Shown: positions 1-11,386 of the stretch, piece by piece
How the letters are laid out: every line of letters starts with the position of its first letter
How positions within the stretch are numbered: position 1 is the stretch's first letter
Assembly: GCA_002269645.1 (NCBI GenBank)
Contig: NIVC01004180.1
Coordinates: forward strand, 1-56,403
Length of the DNA: 56,403 nucleotides
DNA from: Macrostomum lignano
Lineage: Eukaryota
Direction of reading: 5' to 3'
The notes under the pieces: generated by a model
What the model was told of the DNA's origin: nothing
Databases searched by the model: none
What the model saw: the letters and a program-made list of their open reading frames with translations, nothing else
Translations under genes and position numbers: made by a program

Positions 1-255
1 AAACAAGAATCAAATATAAAAACATTCAAATCTCATACCAAATTTTTATTTAGTACTGTAAATGTTCAGAGATAATAAGAAGCTTCAAGAATTAATTAAG
101 TTATTAAAAAATCATATTATACTTCAAGAGTTTTGGAAAATAGGATTTAAATGGGAGAAAAAAGAAAGAATAACTCCAATACAATACCTATTGAGCTCGG
201 GCAAATCCCAAAGAGCGTGGGGAATTCATTTTGGTGCTATTAAAAATAGACGAGA

Positions 256-889
256 ATGTCGGTATCTGAAGCAGATAAATGGGAACGCGACCGGTTCAAC
301 CAACGTAAAGGTCAGATGTTAAGTAATGTTGATCGAATAAATTATGATTATGATTTATATGCTAAAAAAGTAAGAAGAGTTTCAAACCATATAAGAAATA
401 TGGATTTTTCAATATTGGATTTGGAAGCTTATCAATGTTATGTGTAATCGTTTTAGGTATTTTACAATCTATTCCAACTCTTAATTTATCTCAATTATTT
501 TTAGGTATTTCAATTGGCTCAATATCAGGTTTTGAATGATCAGAACTTATCAATACTTTTAGCAATTAAATTATATCTTAAAAAAAGAAAGGAAAAATAT
601 AAATCATTAAGAGATGTTGCCAAGCAATATAAAAATCAATTATATTTATATGTGCAAAAAATATTGGATGACGGAGAGATAACGATTCATGAATTATCAA
701 CCGCGGTTGAATTATATGAAAAATTTAAAAGATAGAAATAGAATTTTAGATGTTGAAACTTTTACCGATATGGAATTAAAAGAATTAGACTTTGATAAAC
801 CCAAAGCTCCACCTATAGAAACATTAGGTATTTACGAACCTGAAACTATTGCTACTGGGGCACAAAGCCCCGGTCAGGAAGTGCTGTAG
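256..889 (+). CDS. Frameshifted coiled-coil/transmembrane protein resembling a common Polinton accessory family (~210 aa)
   Basis: Track ORFs 256-447, 514-735 and 689-889 link through short indels. A hydrophobic stretch is followed by KYKSLRDVA..KILDDGEITIHE..YEKFK. Family assignment is from memory. Confidence 0.5.
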
Positions 890-901
890 AACTTCAGTTG
901 T

Positions 902-1379
902 TTAGTTTTTTAATGCATATGTTATATATTCTTCCCAAAGTGGTAACTCTCTTCTGATCCTAGGTTTAAATTTTTTATCAATACATAAAAATTCCAATGA
1001 CTTTTTCAATAACATTTCGTTAGGTATGTTACCTATCCTTATAAACTTTGTATTCTCTCGAATAAGAAAATTGAAATAATATCCAACTAAAATTAAAATC
1101 CTTTCAGAGTCTTTCGAACTTAATCCCTTTCCTTTATTTAAATGGAAAAAGTTATTATATAAAAAACATTATTTCCGGGAATTAAAATTGGATCAGAAAT
1201 GTCTCTTGTAAGATTTCTTAAAATTGTGTTTTTAAAATAGTAATATGAGTTTTCAATCTTTTTGTTTTTCAAATTGATATATTTTAGAACATGAATAACA
1301 CATATGATATATATCTCCGTTTGCTGTTTGCCCTCTGTGCATAGTCACATTACATTTATTACATTCAAATGTCTTTCAT
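902..1379 (-). CDS. Untracked frameshifted ORF with N-terminal zinc ribbon (CNKC..CYSC), ~155 aa
   Basis: A-rich ATG at 1379. Hand-read segments KTFECNKCNVTMHRGQTANGDIYHMCYSCSKI, NKKIENSYYYFKNTILRNL, and an open 80-codon C-terminus ending YALKN* at 902. Confidence 0.55.
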
Positions 1380-1406
1380 TTTTTTTGTTATTTTTTTAGA
1401 TTAAAA

Positions 1407-1735
1407 ATGGAGAGCTGGTTCAAAACGATTCTAATGTGATTAATTATCTCACACCCAATATGTTGGAGAATAAAGAATATAATATTATATGTTTGAGACA
1501 GGTTAAATTTATTGGGCTTCAATCAATATTTTTACAATTAGATGGGCAAAAAATTTTATGTCTAAGCGGAGATGATGTTAAAAATTTTCCTGTTTTAGTT
1601 ATTAATAAACCTAAAGCGTTTGTTATGAAATACTGCAACGAGGGTGGATTGCAATTTAAACTAAAACAAACAAATAATAAAAAGAGTGATAGGACTGTAA
1701 AATTGGCGGCTGTTTGGGAGGATGACGACGAATAA
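1407..1735 (+). CDS. Small beta-rich protein with acidic C-terminal tail (WEDDDE)
   Basis: Track ORF 1436-1735. The likely true start is AAAAATG at 1407 with one frameshift. Confidence 0.5.
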
Positions 1736-2086
1736 GTAAATTTTTTATAAGAAAATGGATACGAATAAAAATCCTTATCACTAAAGAGCGTGAACTTAAT
1801 GATATTAATAAAAAAATAAATAATTATATCTCAGAAATATCATGAGTATGGGGACGATATGTTTCCCATCCGATATGAGATAGGATAAAAGAAAACGTTT
1901 TTAAAAAGAATTGTTATGCTGAAATAGTAATTGAAATTGAAATAGATAGTTGTTAGAAAAATAAAAAAACTTAGGAAAAAAATAAAGGATTGTTTAAGTT
2001 ACCCTGCGACTGTGAGGAAATTGGCTCAATAATATATGAAATTGAAGTTAATGATTTGCTCAAACAATTACATGCTTTAGTTTTTT

Positions 2087-2329
2087 TCAAAGTAATTTTT
2101 CTGTTAATCTCTTCCAGTTATTCAAGACTTTTTCCTTATTTAATTTTTTAAGTTCTTTTGGAAATGTTGAATAATAATTATCTATATCTTTTTCATATTC
2201 TAGAAATGTATTATATTCACAATCACATTCGGATTCACAATCACAATCGTAATAATAATTATTTATTGCCGCTTTGTATTCATTATATTTACTTATTATA
2301 TCTTCTTTTTGTTTTTTATCTTTTATCAT
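2087..2329 (-). CDS. Small acidic Cys-containing protein (DCDCESECDCE), translationally coupled to pPolB
   Basis: 80-aa ORF whose ATG overlaps the pPolB TGA. Confidence 0.55.
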   Translation of the reverse strand: MIKDKKQKEDIISKYNEYKAAINNYYYDCDCESECDCEYNTFLEYEKDIDNYYSTFPKELKKLNKEKVLNNWKRLTEKLL

Positions 2330-5300
2330 ATTTTTATCTCTTCTTTTAAACCAAATGGATATGTTTTAATTTTATCATCTAAATATCTTTTATCATCAAA
2401 TGGACTTAATGTTTTTTTATCTGTCTCGATGACAAACATCTGATGCTTATCTGAATTTAATCGATATTGTGGAGCATGATAATTTTCAATTGTATTAAGG
2501 TAATCTAAAAGTACGTTTTTATAATCATCAAATGTTATCTTTTTTACTGCTGCCTTGATACCCCTTTTATTTTTTTACCTCTCCCTCCTGTCCTAAAACT
2601 TAAATGCATAGCATTTTGATCTTATTGCTATAAACTCGGTTATGATTTTGCTATTTAATTCATCTTTCATTTTAAGTACAACTTTTTATTTTGATCTGAT
2701 TTTAAAGGATGGTTATCCGGATAGTCGAGTGTCCAATGTATCCTTAATTTTTTCCATATCTTTATAGACATCGAACCTTTGGTTCGCGGCTTTGCCGCGA
2801 TCATCTGTTTCAACCTTAAATACCAAACTGTCGGTGTCTGCATATATTGGATAGTTATCTGGCCATGTTTTATTTATAACATCATAATAATATTCATACA
2901 TTACCAGCTTTGCATAATCTAAAACAACCATTCCAATAAATATTGGTTTAAGAAATTTTGTTGTTTTATTTCTCATATGAATACCCATAAAGTTATCATC
3001 AAATTTTATAAAGTCTTTAAAGTTAGGTTTTGAGAAATATTTCTTTGCTTTATCAATATCCTTTTCTAAATGGAATTGGGTTCTATCTCTAATATTTTCA
3101 ACCGTTTTTCCATAAAAAGCATTATTCATTAATTTCCAATAATCTTTCTCAAAATTTGTTTTTGACATCTGTCTCTGATTTGAATTAAAGTCAATATATT
3201 TAGCTAACCAATCTTCCTCAATAAACGATATTGTTCGATGTACTTTAGAACTTTTAATCCCTGTTTTTCATAAAATTGTAGAAGCTTATAATGCACTACA
3301 TAGTTTTTCTTATCATGTAAATTTAATATTAATTTTTTTGTTGCTAGATGTTTTGCATTATCTGCTTTAAGATAATCTTTTTGTGTTTGTGATAAATCAT
3401 CTTCATTAACTGAACAATGCTCTGGAGCTAAAGGATATTTATATGTTTTTGCTTTTGCTTCCCGAGTATATTGCAAATCCACTTCTACGATACAGCCCCT
3501 TCCTTCGGGAATATTTTTGTAATAATCGGGGTCATCTTCCCATTGGAAATCAGCTATTGGTAATTTTTGTTTCATACAACCACCGTATAAATTGTTTGCA
3601 TCTAGATATAATACATATGATGATTTTTCTTTTTTATTATAATTTGGTAGATATTTATTATTTACTTTAGTATATCTATCTCCTAGTACACCCGAGAATC
3701 CGCCGCGAATTCCTCTCTCAATCATTAACAACATATCATGATCAGTTAGTAAATCAATCTTAACATCTGTATGTTTCAAACCACAAGCCCATGTTAATCC
3801 CGGTGCACTGAAACAATATGCGGGATCAATTTTAAAATTCTCATATGTATGATTCCTAAAGTTTTCAAATGCATCAGCTAATAGGAGAACATCTGCTTTA
3901 AGATATAGATTATGATAATCTTTAAATGTTTTACAATTAAAGTATTTCCATACTTTTTGAGCGTGTTCATAATCCGATTCACTTATGTTTGTTTGTGATA
4001 ATGTTGAATAAAACTTTTCAATTGGGGGTAATTCGGTATGAAAAAATACGTCTTCAGATGTTACATATTCATATGGATAGATGCCCTTACGAGTTAATAG
4101 CATTAGTTCTTCCTCGGATAGTTTTTCTTTTTGAAACGATTCAATAGTATTGGAAAGTTTTTCTTTACTATTTCTAAATCCCATGGTTTTGGAACTAATG
4201 ATGAAACAACATTTGCTAAAGATGTTGATAAGAATCTCAAGGAATCTAGAAAAACTAGATGGGAGTATTTCTTACCATATGTTATTGATATGTAATTTTC
4301 TGATGTTTTAGGTAATATATTTATTTCATATTCATCCTTTCCTAAATGAAGCAATTCTCGAACTAAGAAATGAAAATCATATCCGGAACCATTATGAAAA
4401 AATACTGGTATTTCCTTACATCCTTTTCCTTCTTTTGCATTACATGATCTACATGCTGCCCCTCGATAATTTCCTGTTAGATGACAATGTTCTCGTATCT
4501 TATTATTCTTACTTAAATGTCTTTTGCACATAAAACAATTTGTTGCATTTTTATAATTGTCTCTATCCTTATTTGTCATATTAATATTTTTTGATAATTT
4601 ATCATATTGATTTTGAATATATTCAAATACATTTACTAATGATTCTGCCATGTGCTTAGCTGCATCATTACCGTGGTAAGTAATCATCCTTGATTTAAAT
4701 ATATGATCAGCTACAGAGTGTACATATATACAATAACTATTCGGAAACTGTTGTGCCAATTTTTTTGTGCATTCCCCGTATCATCAGATACCGTCTGTGA
4801 TTCTTTTAAGGGAACATTTGTTGCTTCAAAATCAGCATATATTACTATTGGTTTTTTAACTGCCATATAATGTTGTTGGAACTTTAGGGTTGCATCTTCA
4901 GATGCTGGCATTATAGCATTAGTAAATTTGTGATCTAAACAAAATCGTTGGTGGTTTTTAAGAGCTGTTTCATCCTTTTTAAATGTAAAACAATTTCTAC
5001 ATAGTGGATATCTATTTCTATTTTCTCTTAAAAAAGAACTAATATCTTTTATGTATATATAATGTGTTTCATTTTCGCGCTGCATGTACAAAAGATCGAT
5101 TTGATCTGGTGCTGTTATATCAGTTGCTGGCTTAACAAGATAACACCTTTTCTTATACCATTCTGGATCGGTTAAAATTTCTTCTAGATCTTTTGGTTCT
5201 TCAATTGTAAACACATTAATATTTAAACCATTCATTTTTTCAATCTTATATATATCATCTATTGCTACTGGGTATGATATGTTTTTCATTATTATTTCAT

Positions 5301-6026
5301 CCTCATATTGTCTATAATTATATATTTTATTAATGTGTGATTCTACTTGATTGTGATATTTATGAATTAATAAACACCATAATAAACATTTATTATCTTT
5401 ATTGTCTGGATTTATAATCATAGGTGATTTAAATTTGAGCTTCATATGTGATCGTCCTTTAAGAATTTCTATAGGTGCAATCTTTACTATTGCTGAATTA
5501 CAGGATACAAATATAAACCCAGATCCGTTTTCTGTCATCTTATCTATCCATTCATCAAACTCAGCTTCTATTTGATCGAATTGATTGTTGTAATTTCCCA
5601 TTGATAATAATGTTTTATATGATTCTTGTGAAAAGTTATTTATTACTTCAATTTCTGAATTTGCATTAAGAATATTTGGTTTTTTAAATTCTGTTTCAAC
5701 TTCTATTTTATACTTAATTGGCTGTCGTTTGTTATTTGGCCTTATAGTATAATTGTTAATATGGTCTTTAATTTATCTTTCATTTGTTTAAAATATTCTT
5801 TATAATTTGTATTTATATCTATATCTATATATATTACTTCAGCTCCATTTTGTCCTTGTGGTTGGGGGTTATTAATATCATTTAATTGTCTTTCTAAACG
5901 TATCTCATTTTCTGCCCTAATTCTTGCTTCTATTTCAGCCCTATCGGCAATTCGTTGTGCATCGATTTGAGCTATTAATTGTGCTCTAAGTTCAGGGTTG
6001 TCGATTTGAGCTAAAATTGCTTCCAT
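2326..6026 (-). CDS. Protein-primed family B DNA polymerase (pPolB), ~1230 aa, split by about 8 frameshifts
   Basis: Joins track ORFs 5742-6026, 4711-5601, 4103-4759, 3204-4184 and 2713-3168 plus an untracked C-terminus. Motifs: GSGFIF..INPDNKDNKC, C2H2-like CRNC..H..C, IYADFE, endonuclease VII-like CFMC..HCHLTGNYRGAACRSCN, FFHNGSGYDFHF, LTRKGIYPYEY, YLDANNLYG, KLMNNAFYGK, YADTDS, KMKDE, SPFDDKRY. The stop overlaps the next ATG (ATGA at 2326-2329). Confidence 0.93.
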
Positions 6027-6110
6027 TTTATAGAATAAAATTTATATAATGTTTGAATTATTGATTTTTTAATTTTGTGTTTTTGGTGTCCAGACCCTCC
6101 CCCCAGGAGC

Positions 6111-7102
6111 CTATTCGAGATCTGCTTTTGGTAATAGCAATCCATTGCCCATAACGTTTGAATTTAAGAAAATTCCTGAACCTGCTTTTGGTCGCATTTC
6201 GAGATATAATCCGCTTCCGTCGTGTTTTTCAATGATATTAAAATCTTTTCCTAATTTATTAAAAATTTTCTGAACAGCTGGTCTAAAATTGGATCCAATA
6301 TTGTCAAAAAATCCTTTAGCTTTCTCACCCGTTTTTTCTAAAGTTTGACCAAATTCATGTAGTTTATCTGCTACAACTCCACTTCCTTGGGTTGTTCCTT
6401 TTAGTACCAAACCATTCCCGTGATTTGTTCCTTGCAAGAGTAAACCTTTTCCGGCTGCTAACCTAGCTTCTGCATTTCTTTTTTGCTCTGCTGTTGCTGA
6501 ACTACTATTAATGTATCAATAAGTTTCTGTTTGAATTGTGCGTCCTGCGTTATTTGCTGTCTTTGAAATTCGGCCTCTCTTTTAGCTTTTTCGTCCGCAG
6601 CTTTTTTGTCATTTACTGCTTTTGCAATTCCAGCTGCTCCGCCAGCAACTCCTCCAGCTGCTCCAATTCCTGCAAAAATTATTGGGAGCAAAGCTGCAAG
6701 GGGTAAGATTCCCCCCTGTTTCGCTCTTAACTCTCCTAGCTGTTTTACATTATCATGAATTCTTTTTCCGGCTAAACCGACTGCTCCAGCTGCACCAAGT
6801 CCTAAAAGAAGCGGTAGAATGGGTAGTAATCCGCCGTCCTTTTTAGTGTGAGTCTCCATTAAAAATTTCACAACGGAGTCTGTCAACCTATAATTTCTGC
6901 CGCGATTCTTAAAGGATATTGGCCTTCCTTCTTGTGCATATTTTGCTGCGAGTTTAAATGTATCGATGTCGTAGTCAAACTTTTTACCTAATCGATCCAA
7001 TCTTTTTAACATTGTGTGGCTATGTTTATTATCATCAAGATTTAAGGTATCTACAATTTCTCCTATAAAATATAACCGGTTTTCATCATTAACTGAGTCC
7101 AT
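6111..7102 (-). CDS. Virion-type precursor with two adenovirus pX-like hydrophobic motifs and repeated GxG-(L/I)xL motifs (~330 aa, one frameshift near 6510)
   Basis: DGGLLPILPLLLGLGAAG and QGGILPLAALLPIIFAGIGAAGG resemble adenoviral pX GGILPLLIPLIAAAIG. The shifted frame continues GKGLLL, GNGLVL, GSGLYL, GSGIFL, GNGLLL (track ORF 6111-6437). Confidence 0.65.
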
Positions 7103-7112
7103 TTTTATATTG

Positions 7113-7511
7113 TTAAAATTTCTTTAATCCTTTTCCACCTTTAATAGTATTTAACATTTTATTAAAATCCTGAATATCTTTATTACTTATTGGTGCGCTT
7201 TTCGTGGGGGTTTCTGTTGGTTGTGCGGCTTGTGCCAGCTTTAAATCTTTTATTGCATTTATTTGTGAGAGGGTGTCGTTAAAATCTCTCAATTTCTTTA
7301 GTTCTTCTGCCGCTCTAGCTGCTTCAATTCCTCCTTTTACAGCATTTGTTATAGAGCCTGCTGCAGAGCCAGCTTGCCCTATAAGCCCCATATTGTCTTT
7401 AACAAAATTTGCTGCTGTTCCAACCAAATCAAAAAGTCCCTCACCTCGGTATTCAATTGGATCTCCTACCTGATACTCATTTATATTTTGCACATGTGTA
7501 ACGTGTGTCAT
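7113..7511 (-). CDS. pVI-like small protein: GEG motif followed by an amphipathic helix
   Basis: Likely start AAAAAATG at 7511 (MTHVTH). Contains YRGEGLFDLVGTAANFVKDN and ends IKGGKGLKKF. Confidence 0.55.
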   Translation of the reverse strand: MTHVTHVQNINEYQVGDPIEYRGEGLFDLVGTAANFVKDNMGLIGQAGSAAGSITNAVKGGIEAARAAEELKKLRDFNDTLSQINAIKDLKLAQAAQPTETPTKSAPISNKDIQDFNKMLNTIKGGKGLKKF

Positions 7512-7918
7512 TTTTTGTTCTATTTTTAGTAACAGAAAAAAGAATACGAGAACACACAAAGAATATTTTTCAACCCAAGATGGTGTATATACTGCATTGA
7601 GTCATTTTTTTCTGGACGTCCAGAATTTTTCTGGACGATTTGTTAAAAACTTATTCATTGATGGTGGGCGCCCCATTTTACTTGTGACGCGCGGAGCCTG
7701 TCTTCTTCTTCCTGAGAGATGAGCTAGAACTGGGTTGATGGCTGTGGTTTTTATAGAGTTGGATGGCTGAGTGGGCGTTCAATTCCTGCTACGGCAAGAT
7801 TTTGCAAGCTAGCCAATAGTGGCTATGAGAGTAATTTTTTGTTGAGTGTTACTATTACCATGACTCAGTTTAAACTCTTTTGTGACCCTTCGCGCCTGCG
7901 GCGCGGGCAAGGGGTTAT

Positions 7919-8194
7919 AGAGTAGTAGTATAGAAAAAGACGCTTCTAGATCAGACCTTATTTTAATGACCGTTTGTAAGGTCTTAAGAGGGGGGACGCG
8001 AGGGGGGTGTTGGGGAGTGTTTGGAAGTGTTGGGAAGTGATTTTTATTGTTAGGGGTGATTATGGGTGATTAGATGTGTTAAGGGTGTTTAGATGTGTTT
8101 TTTTATTTACCCCCCCGTGTCCCCCCTCTAGACCCTTAAAACGGTCATTAAAAAAGTGCTCTGGGTCTAGAAGCGTCTTTTTCTATACTACTCT
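7919..8194. repeat. Terminal imperfect inverted repeat (arms ~7919-8008 and ~8108-8194) around a C-free loop
   Basis: Left arm AGAGTAGTAGTATAGAAAAAGACGCTTCTAGA..TTTTAATGACCGTTT..GAGGGGGGAC matches the reverse complement of the right arm. Confidence 0.95.
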
Positions 8195-8268
8195 CGTGCA
8201 AAGAAATGATTAAAATTCTATAGTTTTATAACTGGCGAATTGAACCAGAATAGATTGTAAAAACTTAC

Positions 8269-8661
8269 GAATGACCTTGGCTTCATAACGAAGTCTGAAG
8301 CCTTTATCTGTTGCACTGCCGTCAGATATGAAGCGCACAGTTAAAGCGTTTGAAGTTGACACGACTGTAGGAGGCATCCTGGTTGGGCTCCATCCTTTTC
8401 CAGTGAAGCATCTGATGGAGGACGTGCGGTGCGATGTGCTCATTCCTTCAAACATTTCCACGTAGTCCCGGCTATGCGGCGAATCGCGTGAAAAGTGAAG
8501 ATTAATGTAAGTGAACCACACAGCGATCCTTTCACCCACCGGTGCAACTATTTGCCAGGTGCAATTCATATTGTTGAGGTAATCCGACGCACCGGCAGTT
8601 GAGTGGCTAACGATCTCGCCACTCCCCGCTGTGAGATGAACAAATCCGGAGCAGTATTTGG
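8269..8661 (-). CDS. Host CUB-domain exon (phase 1-1) of a larger extracellular protein gene
   Basis: YCSGFVHLTAGSGEIVSH..YLNNMNCTWQI..DYVEMFEG..VSTSNALTVRFISDGSATDKGF. Acceptor ctgcag at 8662, donor GTAAGT at 8268, length 393 nt. Confidence 0.9.
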
Positions 8662-10241
8662 CTGCAGTGAAACGGAGAAAGCCATGAGTTGGGCCTCAAT
8701 CAGACGAGAGTGACATTATGCTTTGCCCTTACTTTAGTAATTTATATGACGTTTTTATGTAGTGCTCTTGCTCGAAGCAAAATTGCCAGTTTCTTTAACT
8801 AATTACGTACGGTTAACAAGTCAAGAGAAAACAGGCTTCCTCACGTCTTGTTTGGCAGGTAATTTCTGGAACGGTGCCCGCGATTAAGAGCAATGTCAAA
8901 AGGGAAAAATCTGGAAAATAAAGGATTCATTAAAAAATTAGGTTCATTTTTCTAGGAATATTAATTGAATACTCGATTGAATTAATTGAATACGAAATTC
9001 GTTTATTTACAAGAACTTCCCGCCATTTCGAGAGTCTCCAATTGGTCCGGCAGTGCTTCAGCGAAGTAATAAATATTAATTAATAACAATGATCAATCAA
9101 AAGGTGTATCTTTCTCTGATGCCTTTGAGACAACTTGCAATTAGAAGCTGCTCTTGAGCTAAAGTTTCTGCTTTTATATTGCTTAAAGATTTGTTTACAG
9201 GTCTGTTCACAGATCTGGGCCTTGTGGTCACCTAGGTGATGTGAACAGTAATTTTTGCAAAAATTGTTCATTGTGGTAATATTCTCTCCCCCCGTCTCTC
9301 TCTCTCTCTCATCTCTATTTTTCAGCCTCTGTGTAGCCCTTGAAGAAGCTTTTTTCTTTTCCTGTTGTGTAAAATTGACGCTGATGCGAAATGTGAAAAC
9401 GGGCGAAAACATTGACTCATTGTGAGTTTCTCAGCGAAAAATTTGTTTTTCCAGAATTTGTAGAAAATACGCCTGACTCTCTGCAAGGTGGACTGCCAAT
9501 GGCAAGGGTAGAGTGTAGGTATGCAGCTCGATCTCACCTTGCATGTCTATCGCAGCTCACAGTTGCTATCCATTGACAGCTATATCTCTGAAGCTTAGCT
9601 GAACATCACAGTCATGGTGACTGCCCGAACGGATTGTTGCAATATGCCAATACAGCTGAATTCAGCTGCATATTAGAGGCAATAATACTGCTAGGAAAGC
9701 GACATCAGGAAAGGTACTGTCGCCTCTGTGAATCAATCAGCTCGCGAAAACAACAGGCTTCAGTACTTACTACTCGAGGCCTTTCTCTTGTGCATAATTT
9801 TTGCCTTGGATTCTGAAAATGCCACTGCTACTCCATGAGAGATGTTTTTTCTGCCATGAACCCATGCGAGTCCATAGCTGACAATAACAGCAGGTAGACA
9901 GAGCGCACAAAGCGGAACTCAGTTCAAGCGTCTCAACGAATCTCGACATTTTTGGCGCCTTCACGCCTCAGCAAACTCAGTTATTGTCGCACACGCTCCT
10001 GTCACTCTTAGTAACTAAATATATGATCAGAATACTCGAAAAACTAGAAACTAGAGACCAAACGAATCTGTTTGAGCCGCTGATTGGCTAAAAGCAAAGA
10101 TGAAGGATAGGTACAAAACTAGGAAAGTATTTTTAGTGACTTGATAAATGCTCGCGTACACTAGAATTTCTAAGAACAGCTGTTACCTAAGAGTTCAGAA
10201 CACTGTTTTTGTCAACGCAGACGAACAACCGCCCGGAAACT

Positions 10242-11386
<1,145 letters not shown>

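Larger units (their letters stand above)
1..8194 (-). mobile_element. Polinton/Maverick (adintovirus-like) element, right-hand ~8.2 kb; left part outside the window
   Basis: AT-rich, intronless, tightly packed ORFs. pPolB motifs present. Terminus reads 5'-AGAGTAGTATAG on the minus strand at 8194, an AG/AGT-type Polinton end. Abrupt switch to host intron sequence at 8195. No integrase, capsid or ATPase gene is visible in the window. Confidence 0.88.

Noticed and set aside
62-322. SGKS as the Walker A motif of a packaging ATPase
   Set aside because: No upstream GxxG context, no Walker B, and the region is frameshift-ridden.
7919-8194. Independent MITE insertion as the established explanation
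   Set aside because: No flanking target duplication (GGTTAT vs CGTGCA); kept only as an alternative hypothesis.
1-8194. Bacterial or phage contamination, or a chimeric join
   Set aside because: No Shine-Dalgarno pattern noticed, starts have A-rich eukaryotic contexts, the pPolB is Polinton-type, and the boundary is a clean terminal motif.
9080-9964. Further exons of the CUB gene (Cys-rich 9080-9412; 9770-9964)
   Set aside because: Could not build a phase-consistent splice model or recognise a domain; left unannotated.
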